Source: a virus (taxonomy: Duplodnaviria > Caudoviricetes). Taken from it: DNA of 64,000 bases. The notes below the pieces were generated by a model that was not told the origin of the DNA, did not search any database, and saw nothing but the letters and a program-made list of their open reading frames with translations. Both the position numbers and the translations under genes were made by a program. The stretch lies in IMG/VR virus record IMGVR_UViG_3300025413_001239; one strand, given 5' to 3'. Positions 30,344 through 40,760 of the stretch are shown piece after piece (positions within the stretch are counted from its first letter, which is position 1; every line of letters begins with the position of its first letter).

Positions 30344-31492
30344 TTAATAAACCCAGAATCCCATTGGACGAAATTTAAGTGTAGTGTTTAAATTAGTGGA
30401 CTCATCTGCTTGTCGCTGTAATTGTGATGTTGAACTTAATCTAAGAAGTCTTGCATCGAGTCTTTCAAGTACTGCCTTTTTTTCATCGTTACCTTCGGAT
30501 ATAAGTGTTTCGTAATCCATTGTTCTTTCAGCTTCTGGGGGTCCTACTACACCACCGAATTTACCTCTTGTTCTACCTAAGGCTCTTTTTGATTCCGCTA
30601 TAAATAATTGTCTAATAAGGACTTTGGTTGGTTCGTTAAAGTCAGCGAAGTCTAATTTTGCTAATGGTACCTCATTTGGCATTCTAATGATGTCTTTATT
30701 AGCTTGTCTACATTCATCAACATTTTTTGAATCAGTTTCATAATAATGATACCAAACTTGACAACCAGCAACAGACATTGAGCTACCAACATTACCGATA
30801 CCAGCACCGAAGGATAGTTTAGAACCTGGTGTACTTAAAAGATGTAATAATTTTGTACCATCTGGACCAGCTGTAATTTTATAAACTAAGTCACTTCTTA
30901 CAATTCTATTCTTTAGATTCATATCAGCGGCTGTTAAAAGAATATCAAATGCTGGTGCAATGTAATAACCACTACGACCACCACCTGTACCAGTACCAGC
31001 GGTACCATAACCACCACCCATTTGTGCAAATCCACCACCAAAACCATAATCGATACCACCATAGTTAGCTAAAAGAGCTTGACTTACTGCACCTGGTGTT
31101 AACCAAAGAACTTCATTTACTTCTCTACCAGCTGGAATTTGATAAACTTGTCTACCTTCTTCAAGGTTTATGAAGTCTTTCTTAAGTTCCCACGGACCAT
31201 TAGTTTGAAGACCGACTTGCTTAGAGTAAGCATAAGTATATTGGGTTGTTAAATCGAATGACCTTACACTTAAAGCGAATGCCATATCAGTTGTATCTAT
31301 ATTTTGACCTAAAAGAGATTGCCATTGGTGCTCGATTAGCCATTCTTGAACGTATTGTGAGTAATCTTCGATGGATATTTCCAAAAGAGTACAAAGAGTT
31401 TCATCTTCCAATTCAATTTGACGAATTGGGGCACCCATTGAATGTCTAAATTGCTTAAAAAGTCTATCTCTTTCTTCGGTACTAACAGCCAT
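30344..31492 (-). CDS. Neck / head-tail connector protein (T4 gp13-like)
   Basis: MGAPIRQIEL...EISIEDY N-terminus; LIRQLFIAESKRALGRTRGKFGG C-terminal pattern. Confidence 0.6.
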   Translation of the reverse strand: MAVSTEERDRLFKQFRHSMGAPIRQIELEDETLCTLLEISIEDYSQYVQEWLIEHQWQSLLGQNIDTTDMAFALSVRSFDLTTQYTYAYSKQVGLQTNGPWELKKDFINLEEGRQVYQIPAGREVNEVLWLTPGAVSQALLANYGGIDYGFGGGFAQMGGGYGTAGTGTGGGRSGYYIAPAFDILLTAADMNLKNRIVRSDLVYKITAGPDGTKLLHLLSTPGSKLSFGAGIGNVGSSMSVAGCQVWYHYYETDSKNVDECRQANKDIIRMPNEVPLAKLDFADFNEPTKVLIRQLFIAESKRALGRTRGKFGGVVGPPEAERTMDYETLISEGNDEKKAVLERLDARLLRLSSTSQLQRQADESTNLNTTLKFRPMGFWVY

Positions 31493-31529
31493 AATGTTTA
31501 TTTTCTTATAAATATCGTAAAATGTCGAA

Positions 31530-31784
31530 TTAACCTAAAAATTGTTTAGTTAATTCAAACAGTTCATTGATACTTCTAAAAGAAACATTTGGTATAAGTA
31601 CTTGATTTTTCACACGTACCATTGGTACATCATCACATTTGGTGATTTCGTAAAGTTTATTAAACTCTTCTTCATTTTCTGGTAGATTAACATCTACATC
31701 AATAAATTCAATACCTTCATTTGTAAGCATTTCTTTTAATTCCTTACAATATGGGCAATTTTCCACACTATATACTCTCGTCAT
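31530..31784 (-). CDS. Glutaredoxin (NrdH/Grx-like)
   Basis: YSVENCPYC and cis-Pro motif DVPMV. Confidence 0.9.
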   Translation of the reverse strand: MTRVYSVENCPYCKELKEMLTNEGIEFIDVDVNLPENEEEFNKLYEITKCDDVPMVRVKNQVLIPNVSFRSINELFELTKQFLG

Positions 31785-34700
31785 TTTCTAAAAGCATTTT
31801 ATCTATCATAATTTCAAGTATTTCATCATCTGAAAGCTTTGCATCACCCATGATAGTTGAGATGATGTCTTTTTTATTTTTTAAAACATTCCACATTCTT
31901 GTTGATATTGTTTTATCGAACAATTGATAGTAAACATTTACGTCATTCTTTTGGCCAATTCTGTAGCAGTTGTGTACATTATAGTTTCCAACAACAAAAG
32001 AATTATCGTCTTCAACAGATAAATCATAAACTCTTTCTTGACCTCTTTTTGGCTTACTAATGTGTATACCAACTATTGGATATGTAATGTATTCACCGAT
32101 TTTTTTAATTCTATTTAACCCATTTTTATTGTCAATAGAATTTTCAGTTTGATAATATACCATATCATTTATTGGTCTAATAGAAAAACTGACATTATTA
32201 CCTAAGTTGGCTGAACATCTTACCAATTCGGAACCTAGCTGACTTGAAGCTGTAATATTTTGCTGTGTATTTTTTCTAAAATACCCATCACCATGATTAA
32301 AACCGTTAATTAATGATGATAATTGTTCAAAATTTAACTCATTAATCCAATCAGGCATTTTTTTATTTTTAACACCACAACCAAATAACTCACTAAATAT
32401 AATCGCTAAATTTTTTGAATAAATAGTACAAGTTTTTACGTTATTCTTATCAATATATGAAGAATGTTTGTCAATATTAAAATGTTTTTTAATTATATCA
32501 ATAATATACTCGGCAGAGTCATACATTTTTTTATTTGTTATTTTTTGACAAACATTTACCGATGAAGATTTTGTTTTATTTTCTATTACCGACCAACCTT
32601 CTGCAATATAAAATCCAAAAGAATATAATAATTCATTAGTTAATTCTATTTTTTCTGGTAGCTCAATTAATCGTCCATTTATTTGTTCAGTATTGTGACT
32701 ATTTATAAATGTTTTATTAACATTATTATTAATAATTAGATATTCTTTCCTTGATTCTGGTAAATTATTAGACTTTAAAGTTAAAAAATGTTTTTTAATA
32801 TCTAAATTTTTAGCTTCAACCCAACTAAAAATTTCTAATTCTGAATCATAAATAAATAGTTTATGGTCTTCTGTTACTGATAATTCTTTATTGTAACCAA
32901 ATGCGTTTATATCATATCTTAATTTATTCCTTTCTAAATGGGTGTGCTTATTAACAACCTTTTTAAAATTACCCATGTGCGTGTAAACCATATCCCCAAT
33001 ATTAATATCTTCAATTAATTTATAACCATTATTAGTCATGACTAATTGTCCGCCAAATATACATCTATCTTCAGCTTGTTCATTATTACCAGTAACCCAA
33101 TCAAATGAATTAAAAATAACAACTGTAGCTTCAGTAAGTGTTATCCCAACACCAGCTGATTTTATATTACCAATAAAGACTTTAACATTTGGATTATTTT
33201 GAAATGAATCGACAGAATTTTGCTTATCTCTGTCACTCATAACACCATTATGTGTTACACATAGTTTACCAAAGTGTTCAGCGAGCTCATTAAGCTCATC
33301 TGTAAAGCTTGTAAATATAATTACTTTTTTACCAATTTCAAGAGCATTCTCAGTCATCTCTATTGTTTCTGGAATAGCTTCCATAGCAATAAACTTACGC
33401 AAAAGAATCAATTCAACAAGGTCTCTTTGTGTTGATGCCTTTTTATTTTCTTTTTCTAATTTTTGAAGGTACTCATCCCAAAGCATATCATACTCTTTCC
33501 AACCCTTATCCGATAATTCATGATAAACTGGTGTTATCACTTTATCTGGCATATCCAAAACATCTGTTTTAAGTCTTCTAATAATAAGATTTCTTGTTTT
33601 AATAGATAATTCTTCAAGGTTTGATGCACCATCAGTTAACCAGATTTGTTTTCTACTACCATTCTTAAGTGTTCTAAAGAATTTTTTAGCATCACAATAT
33701 CTACTAGCAAAATAATGCCAATTATCAGCTATTGGTGCTTTGATAATCTTAAGCAAATTAAAGAAATCCATTGGTCTGTTAGCTATTGGAGTACCAGTTA
33801 AAAGCCAAACCTTTTCAATACCGTGGTTTACAGATAGGTCAACCATAATTTCACCACGAATGCTCTTATTGTTTTTAAGATTATGTGCTTCATCTACAAT
33901 TGCAAGGTCAAAACGAGAATTAACTATGTGTCTATTAAGTTCAAGAACTGGGTCAGTGTCTTTTTTCTTTTTACCATCACCAATTGTGTGAAAATTCTTA
34001 AGTATATCAAAATTTATGATTGTAAATTTGGCTCTATCCCATTTTCTACCGTTAACTATTGTTACATCCTTACAAAATACCTCTATTTCACGTTTCCAAT
34101 TTATTTTAACAGATGATGGACATACAACAAGTATATTCTTAGCACCACTTTCTAATGCGGCAATAATTGATTGAGTTGTATTATGTGTAACAACATAGCT
34201 ATCCATTACATATAAATGGTCTTTTGCCTCAACCATAATACATTGACCAGTTGTAACCCTAGAAAATTCTACAGATTTAATACCTCTAGTTGGATGATAT
34301 TTTTTATTTTTATTTAAGTATTTAATTTTTCGATTTAATTTAAATGGTATTATTTCAATTGGTAAATTAATTGTTAAAATAAAACATAATTTACAATCTT
34401 TTATTGTTCCATCTGGTAGTTTATATTTTCCAACTTTTGAAGTCATTTTTACAACACCACCTAATGATTGAACCAATTCTCTAACATTGTTTGCAAGTTC
34501 TTTAGAAACAGTATAATATTGTACCGTTCCAAGTTTACTACAATAACCATCTGTATCTAATAATCCTTGAAGTAAATTAATTCTATCATCAATATCACTA
34601 TATAGATATGGTTTTGGTATAAATTTAAATTCGGATGTTAAACCCATAAGAGAATATTCATTTAATTCCCTAATTACTAAATTAGTATTATTAACACCAC

Positions 34701-35751
34701 ATAAATGATATTGCATATCACTGAACATTTTTAATTTATGCCCAAGTGGTAATCGTTTATTTATTTCGCTTATAATTTCAATATCATTTGATGTAAATCT
34801 AATATTATGTGAACTAAACCCACCGTCACCTAATAAACACCCCATAATATAAGGGTCTAAATTTAAACTAGACTTACAAAATTCAACAGGTTTAACTATT
34901 GGTAAATACCATTTAACATTACCATTGGTTCCATAAGTTAAATCGGACATAATAGCTTTTAATTCTTTAACAATAAAACCTTTGTTTCTTTTTTTATGGT
35001 TAGTAGTTTGAACAGCCCATAAGTGTTCATCGCAAGACTCAATCATAGTTCCATCGGTTAACGTTATATTAAAAAATTGTTTTTTAGGTTGCGGATAAAC
35101 ACCTAATATTTTAGTTGGTTTACCATTTGAACCTATAACGTAATCACCAACTTTTAAATCACCGTTTTTAACCCAACCATAAGGTGTTAAAACAGGTGTG
35201 TCGTTAGCTAAAACCTTACCAAGTCCCATATCATCTGCGAGGATACATCCGTTACGACTTAATAAAAATTTTATACCTTCTTCTTGGTGTTTATAGAGTT
35301 GTTTACCATCTTTAGCCAATACATTATTATACTTAGTAAAATCAACTTCAATATTAATTTCTTCATAATAAGGGTCATCTAAGACTTGTGTCTTTGGTAG
35401 CCAATACATTTTAGATTGTTGTTGGTTTTGTTTTAGTTTACCATAAACGTGATAAGTTTTTTCACTATCAGCTAAAATATATTCAATAAGTATTTTTTCT
35501 GGAATAAAAGATAATTCATTTTGTTTTTGTAGTTCTTCACCTAAATAAGGTGATATTCTTATCACTTTATTAATAAGGATTGGTTCTTTATCGTGATTAT
35601 CAATTATGTATTTTGTTTGTGTTTCAGTAAGTACAATTTTTTTATTATTTAGATATTCATTTCGTAATTTTTTTAAATACGGATTTATACCTGAATAATT
35701 TTCAAGAAAGGTTATTGCTGAACGGCCCTTTATGTCATCAAGATTTATCAA
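31768..35751 (-). CDS. SNF2/HARP-like helicase with two inteins (TTG start)
   Basis: LADDMGLGK|T, VDEAH, LLTGTP and QAEDR|CYRIGQ. Confidence 0.92.
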   Translation of the reverse strand: MINLDDIKGRSAITFLENYSGINPYLKKLRNEYLNNKKIVLTETQTKYIIDNHDKEPILINKVIRISPYLGEELQKQNELSFIPEKILIEYILADSEKTYHVYGKLKQNQQQSKMYWLPKTQVLDDPYYEEINIEVDFTKYNNVLAKDGKQLYKHQEEGIKFLLSRNGCILADDMGLGKVLANDTPVLTPYGWVKNGDLKVGDYVIGSNGKPTKILGVYPQPKKQFFNITLTDGTMIESCDEHLWAVQTTNHKKRNKGFIVKELKAIMSDLTYGTNGNVKWYLPIVKPVEFCKSSLNLDPYIMGCLLGDGGFSSHNIRFTSNDIEIISEINKRLPLGHKLKMFSDMQYHLCGVNNTNLVIRELNEYSLMGLTSEFKFIPKPYLYSDIDDRINLLQGLLDTDGYCSKLGTVQYYTVSKELANNVRELVQSLGGVVKMTSKVGKYKLPDGTIKDCKLCFILTINLPIEIIPFKLNRKIKYLNKNKKYHPTRGIKSVEFSRVTTGQCIMVEAKDHLYVMDSYVVTHNTTQSIIAALESGAKNILVVCPSSVKINWKREIEVFCKDVTIVNGRKWDRAKFTIINFDILKNFHTIGDGKKKKDTDPVLELNRHIVNSRFDLAIVDEAHNLKNNKSIRGEIMVDLSVNHGIEKVWLLTGTPIANRPMDFFNLLKIIKAPIADNWHYFASRYCDAKKFFRTLKNGSRKQIWLTDGASNLEELSIKTRNLIIRRLKTDVLDMPDKVITPVYHELSDKGWKEYDMLWDEYLQKLEKENKKASTQRDLVELILLRKFIAMEAIPETIEMTENALEIGKKVIIFTSFTDELNELAEHFGKLCVTHNGVMSDRDKQNSVDSFQNNPNVKVFIGNIKSAGVGITLTEATVVIFNSFDWVTGNNEQAEDRCIFGGQLVMTNNGYKLIEDINIGDMVYTHMGNFKKVVNKHTHLERNKLRYDINAFGYNKELSVTEDHKLFIYDSELEIFSWVEAKNLDIKKHFLTLKSNNLPESRKEYLIINNNVNKTFINSHNTEQINGRLIELPEKIELTNELLYSFGFYIAEGWSVIENKTKSSSVNVCQKITNKKMYDSAEYIIDIIKKHFNIDKHSSYIDKNNVKTCTIYSKNLAIIFSELFGCGVKNKKMPDWINELNFEQLSSLINGFNHGDGYFRKNTQQNITASSQLGSELVRCSANLGNNVSFSIRPINDMVYYQTENSIDNKNGLNRIKKIGEYITYPIVGIHISKPKRGQERVYDLSVEDDNSFVVGNYNVHNCYRIGQKNDVNVYYQLFDKTISTRMWNVLKNKKDIISTIMGDAKLSDDEILEIMIDKMLLENDESI
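31969..33063 (-). mobile_element. 365-aa class 1 intein in helicase motif VI
   Basis: DR|CIFGGQLVM...VTEDH...YNVHN|CYRIGQ; LAGLIDADG helices GFYIAEG and GFNHGDG. Confidence 0.93.
34180..35214 (-). mobile_element. 345-aa class 3-like intein (Val1) in helicase Walker A
   Basis: GK|VLANDTPVLTPYGW...DEHLW...GQCIMV...VVTHN|TT, carrying the W-C-T triad. Confidence 0.88.
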
Positions 35752-35862
35752 TTAATTTAAATTTATAATAAATAGTTGTTATTGTATAATATACTAATTT
35801 TTTAAATAAAATCAATACTTATCGAATATTTAGATTAATGTAAATATTTATAAAAAAAGATT

Positions 35863-36384
35863 ATGCCAAACGATAAGATAGTCCCAATTACGAGAATTAA
35901 TAAATGGTTCTCTGAAGAAGATTTTAAATTGGAAGAAAAATTAGGTCGTGAAGCCATTGAGGGTGATGGAAACTTTACTGTGATACTTTATAGAGTTGAC
36001 CGTGAAAATAGTGAATATGATGCTGTTTATGGTGAAGCATCTAAAGATGGTATAAGGTACTTTGCACCAATTGAGTTAAAGGTTGTACCTATCTTGGCCG
36101 AACCAGAAAATAAAACTTATAATTCAAATGGTACTGGTAGATACTTACAAGATGGTCAATTAACCTTTGGTATTTATCAAGCACAATTAGATGAATTAGA
36201 AGTTGAGATAGCTTACGGTGATTACATAGGTTATGCGGAGAATGAAACAAATATAAGGTATTATAGTGTTTCAAATGATGGTAAGAAATTTTACGATAAT
36301 AAACATACAATAATGGGTTATAAGGGTGCGTTCAGAACTATTTTATGTGCGCCAGTTAGCTCTTCAGAATTTACAGCTATATAA
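35863..36384 (+). CDS. Head-closure / neck protein (gp14-like)
   Basis: YDAVYGE...ELEVEIAYGDYI; lies before the tail terminator-like gene. Confidence 0.5.
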   Translation: MPNDKIVPITRINKWFSEEDFKLEEKLGREAIEGDGNFTVILYRVDRENSEYDAVYGEASKDGIRYFAPIELKVVPILAEPENKTYNSNGTGRYLQDGQLTFGIYQAQLDELEVEIAYGDYIGYAENETNIRYYSVSNDGKKFYDNKHTIMGYKGAFRTILCAPVSSSEFTAI

Positions 36385-36386
36385 TT

Positions 36387-37439
36387 ATGTCAGTACCTAA
36401 AAACTTTAGAACAAATATCAATATTAACCCACCTAAAATTGGATATGATAGGAGGCAAGAAATTATTCATGGAATTGAAGATAATGGTACTTTTTTGCCT
36501 AGAGGTGTGAATGAAGAAGATATGGATGCAACATTTATTGATTTTGTTAAGAATCAATTAACTATGAGTTTTGACGGTAATAAAGTTCCAGTTTATTTCT
36601 TTACAATACAAAGATGGTCAGAATATACAAAGACTTGGCAATCAACCGATACGTTTAAGGATATTGAGATACCATTTATTAGTATAGTTAGAAGACCAGA
36701 TATACAAGTTGGTCAAAATCAAGCTGGTATGTGGAACATACCTGGAAATAGAACCTATACATATTTAAAAGTTCCAACTTGGGATGGAATTAGAAAGGGT
36801 GTTGATTTATATAAGATTCCACAACCAACTTCAGTAGATATTACATATGAGGTAAGGTTATTTACTGAAAGAATGAAAGACTTAAACCAATTAAATTCAA
36901 AAATACATAGGACTTTTCAATCTCAACAAGCATATATTAATGTTAAGGGTCATCCAATGCCAATAATTCTTGAATCAATAAGTGATGAAAGCAATATTGA
37001 TGATTTTGAAAATAAAAGATTTTATATTCAATTATTTGAGATGAGGCTTATGGGTTATTTATTATCTGAAGAAGAATTTGAAATAATTCCAACAGTTAAT
37101 AGAACATTCTTATCATTAGAGATTGATTCAAATAAGATGAATAATATGATAACATTTGAGCCTAATAGAAAGGGTAATGTTGTTAATTATTTAGTCGTAT
37201 TTAAACCAAGGTCACCATTACAATTTACATTTACAGCACAATATTCATTAATTTTTAATCAGTTAATTAATATTGAAAACTTAAAAAATATAAATATGCA
37301 AGTTAATGGTGTAACCGTTCTTAATGGTTTAACATTAAGTAAACCAATTACATTAAATTCTGGTGATTTAGTATTGATTACTGTATCAAAAAATTTAATG
37401 TTATCTGGACAATTTCAATTAATAGGTAACACAATATGA
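36387..37439 (+). CDS. Tail terminator / sheath stabilizer (gp15-like)
   Basis: KVPVYF...IPFISIVR...PTSVDITYEVRLFT; position in the head-tail joining block. Confidence 0.55.
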   Translation: MSVPKNFRTNININPPKIGYDRRQEIIHGIEDNGTFLPRGVNEEDMDATFIDFVKNQLTMSFDGNKVPVYFFTIQRWSEYTKTWQSTDTFKDIEIPFISIVRRPDIQVGQNQAGMWNIPGNRTYTYLKVPTWDGIRKGVDLYKIPQPTSVDITYEVRLFTERMKDLNQLNSKIHRTFQSQQAYINVKGHPMPIILESISDESNIDDFENKRFYIQLFEMRLMGYLLSEEEFEIIPTVNRTFLSLEIDSNKMNNMITFEPNRKGNVVNYLVVFKPRSPLQFTFTAQYSLIFNQLINIENLKNINMQVNGVTVLNGLTLSKPITLNSGDLVLITVSKNLMLSGQFQLIGNTI

Positions 37440-40009
37440 GTCAAAGTATAAACGAAACATTTATTATAGAACCATCAATTGCAATTGCTTTAACTGGTGG
37501 TACGTTTAGTTATGAAACACAAACACTTACACTAGTTAATGGTGATGGTACTATTGTTAATGTAACTGGTTTTACCGATACCTATGTAACTGGTGGTACT
37601 TATTCCAATGGTATAGCAACATTTATTAATAATAGTGGTAATACATTTACTATTGGTGGTTTTTATACTGGAACACCAATAACAATATCTGGTGGTACTG
37701 GTATATTAACTGGTGGAACATATCCAAATTTTACGATTACTAATACACTTCCAGACCAAATTGTTACTTTATCAGCTCAAACTGGTATATCAATAGATGG
37801 TTCTTATCCTAACTTTACATTAACTAATACACTTCCAGACCAAATTGTTACTTTAACAAGTGGTACACAAATAAATATTAGTGGTACATACCCTAATTTT
37901 ATTATATCAACAATTGGGATTACGGACACTTATGTAACTGGTGGTACTTATTCAAACGGTACAGCTATATTCACAAATAATACTGGTGGTACATTTACTG
38001 TTTCTGGGTTTAGTACAAATAATGCTACGCAGTTTACTGGTGGTACAGTTACTGGTGCAACTCAGTTTACTAATGGCCTTACAACAAATTCAATATCAGC
38101 AACCACTTATCAAAATTTACCCTTAGATATAACGGTTACTGGTGGTACTTACTCTAGTGGTACTGCAACATTCACAAATAATACTGGGGGTACGTTTACT
38201 GTAAGTGGATTTAGTACGAGTAATGCCACACAATTTACTGGTGGTACTGTAACTGGTGCAACTCAGTTTACTAATGGGTTAAGTGGTAATACAATCTCTG
38301 GTGGTACACTTTATGGTGATGCATCAAATTTAGTTAATTTTACGAGTAATCAAATTACAACAGCATTAAGTTACACACCTCAACAACCTTTAAGTGGTAG
38401 CGGTATTGTTTATGGGAATAATACTAATCCAGTAACATACATTGCTGGTAATGCCAATCAATATGTTAGAGGTGATGGTGTTCTTGCGGATTTTCCATCA
38501 TCTGCTGGTGGTGGTGGTGGTTCAATTTATTATTTTAATGGTGGTACGGTTGAGACGACAATAAGTGGGAATACTTTTTTACAAATGAGTAAGATTCCAT
38601 CATCAAGTACTGGTGTTAATTTTAGTGCTACAACTACTGGTGATTTTGCTTATTTCTTAACTGATGTCTTAAGTCCAGACCAAACATCTATACCAGCAGG
38701 TATATGGACATTTCAAGCATTTTTCTCAACAAATAGTAATTCCATACCAGCAATTACCGCAAAAATATATAAATATGATGGTGTTAATTTAATACTTGTT
38801 GGTCAAAGTCAACCTGAAAATATTGATACTGGTAGTATCATAGATTTACATTACTTTGCCGCATCAGTTTCTGGTACATCTTTAAATATTACTGATAGGA
38901 TTGCTGTTGTATTTAATGCTAGTAATATTCAAAGTAATAAAAATGTAACACTATATACACAAGATAATACCTTAAGTTCTGTAAATACTACTTTTCCAGT
39001 TGGTATTGGTTCCCTTAATGGATTAACTTTAGGAACGCAGTACTTCACGGTAAGTACAAGTGGTACATCATTTAATATTATTTCATCAGCTGATACACAT
39101 ACATTTAATATACCATTAGCCGCAACAAATAGTGTCACAGCTGGTCTTTTAAGTAACACAGATTACAACACATTTAATACTAAAGTGAATGGTAGTGGTA
39201 CATTAAATCAATTAGCGTATTGGTCAGGTGCGACAGGTATAAGTTCAAGTAATAATTTAACATGGAATGGTTCTTCACTAAACGTTATTGGTAGTATATC
39301 CGCAACAACATATTATAATCTACCACTAGATATAAGGGTTACTGGTGGTACTTATTCTGCTGGTACAACTACTTTTACTAATAATACTGGTGGTACATTT
39401 ACCGTTACTGGTTTTAGTACTAGTAATGCTACTCAGTTTACTGGTGGTACTGTTACTGGTTCAACCCAATTTACCAATGGTCTTACAACAAATTCAATAT
39501 CAGCAACCACTTATCAAAATTTGCCTTTAGATATAAGAGTAACTGGTGGTACCTATTCTACTGGTACAGCTACTTTCACTAACAATACTGGGGGTACTTT
39601 TACTGTAACTGGGTTCAGTACGAGTAATGCTACTCAGTTTACTGGTGGTACTGTTACAGGTTCAACCCAATTTACTAATGGACTTTCGGCTAATACTATA
39701 TCGGCTACAACAATAACTGGTGGTTCTTTAACATTAACAAATTTAATTAATTTAACTGGTACAACTAGTAGAATGGTTGAGGTTAATACTGGTGGTACTG
39801 TAACCGCTACTACAAGTATAATTTCGGCATACTTAACATCTGGTGGTACAATAGCTAATTTGTTAGAAAATACTAGTAATTGGGATATTGATGGTAACTA
39901 TACTGGAAGCTCTATTACTGGAACATATCAAGGTCAAAAACACTATAATGGTAATTATCTTTTTGAGGCGGTTGCTGATAACTTATTTATAAGATTAATT
40001 AGAGGATAA
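37436..40009 (+). CDS. Tail/head fibre protein with 67-aa repeat modules
   Basis: LPLDIxVTGGTYSxGTxTFTNNTGGTFTV modules; central beta-sandwich IPAGIWTFQAF. Confidence 0.7.
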   Translation: MSQSINETFIIEPSIAIALTGGTFSYETQTLTLVNGDGTIVNVTGFTDTYVTGGTYSNGIATFINNSGNTFTIGGFYTGTPITISGGTGILTGGTYPNFTITNTLPDQIVTLSAQTGISIDGSYPNFTLTNTLPDQIVTLTSGTQINISGTYPNFIISTIGITDTYVTGGTYSNGTAIFTNNTGGTFTVSGFSTNNATQFTGGTVTGATQFTNGLTTNSISATTYQNLPLDITVTGGTYSSGTATFTNNTGGTFTVSGFSTSNATQFTGGTVTGATQFTNGLSGNTISGGTLYGDASNLVNFTSNQITTALSYTPQQPLSGSGIVYGNNTNPVTYIAGNANQYVRGDGVLADFPSSAGGGGGSIYYFNGGTVETTISGNTFLQMSKIPSSSTGVNFSATTTGDFAYFLTDVLSPDQTSIPAGIWTFQAFFSTNSNSIPAITAKIYKYDGVNLILVGQSQPENIDTGSIIDLHYFAASVSGTSLNITDRIAVVFNASNIQSNKNVTLYTQDNTLSSVNTTFPVGIGSLNGLTLGTQYFTVSTSGTSFNIISSADTHTFNIPLAATNSVTAGLLSNTDYNTFNTKVNGSGTLNQLAYWSGATGISSSNNLTWNGSSLNVIGSISATTYYNLPLDIRVTGGTYSAGTTTFTNNTGGTFTVTGFSTSNATQFTGGTVTGSTQFTNGLTTNSISATTYQNLPLDIRVTGGTYSTGTATFTNNTGGTFTVTGFSTSNATQFTGGTVTGSTQFTNGLSANTISATTITGGSLTLTNLINLTGTTSRMVEVNTGGTVTATTSIISAYLTSGGTIANLLENTSNWDIDGNYTGSSITGTYQGQKHYNGNYLFEAVADNLFIRLIRG

Positions 40010-40746
40010 TGATATTAAAATTTAATACTAGTGTATTATCGTATAATGGTAGAATTTTAAATTTTGTAACCCCATCTACAGGTACAACTGGAAATTTGGT
40101 TACAACAGCTACGTTATCTAATGCGAGTATTGTATCTCAAAGTCCATTTACTGGTGCATCATCTGGTAATTCATATTCAGTTACAGCATCTACAACATCC
40201 TATTTAAGTGTTTCTGGTCAAACAGGTTTTGCGATGGGTACTGGTGATTATACAATTGAATGGTTCCAATATGAAACCGATTCAAATTCATTCCCAAGGA
40301 TATATTGGTATGGTAGTTCACCTAGTTTGGGTATGAGTTTAGAGGGTAGTTATTATTCTTGGGTTGGTGCTTCTGGAACAGCATTAGGTACAAAGGGTGC
40401 TATAACAAATGCTTGGCAACACTTTGCTTTAGTTAGAATAAGTAGTAAACTTTACTTTTATAAGAATGGAACGTTAGTTTCTAGTGCTGGTGGGGTTAGT
40501 GATGCAAGTAATATTACTGATACAACATCAAATTTTATAATTGGTGCTAAAATAGGCGGTTTAACTAGTGAACAATTTGGTGGTTACATAACTAATTTTA
40601 GGGTTGTAAAGGGTCTAGGGGTTTATACTGGTAATTTTACAAGACCAACAAGTGTTTTAACAGCTGTAGCAGCTGCAAATCCTTACGGTGGAAGTAATAC
40701 CGTAGAAATACCTAATGGTTACACAAAATTATTGTTAACACCTTAA
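40009..40746 (+). CDS. LamG-like lectin domain protein
   Basis: GDYTIEWF, WQHFALVR, LYFYKNG and FGGYITNFRVVKG. Confidence 0.8.
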   Translation: MILKFNTSVLSYNGRILNFVTPSTGTTGNLVTTATLSNASIVSQSPFTGASSGNSYSVTASTTSYLSVSGQTGFAMGTGDYTIEWFQYETDSNSFPRIYWYGSSPSLGMSLEGSYYSWVGASGTALGTKGAITNAWQHFALVRISSKLYFYKNGTLVSSAGGVSDASNITDTTSNFIIGAKIGGLTSEQFGGYITNFRVVKGLGVYTGNFTRPTSVLTAVAAANPYGGSNTVEIPNGYTKLLLTP

Positions 40747-40760
40747 TATTTATTATATAT

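Noticed and set aside
25618-35751. Eukaryotic giant virus origin (PolB intein at YGD|T-type site, SNF2 helicase, glutaredoxin)
   Set aside because: Contractile sheath, tube and tape measure genes, bacterial promoters and intrinsic terminators indicate a bacteriophage.
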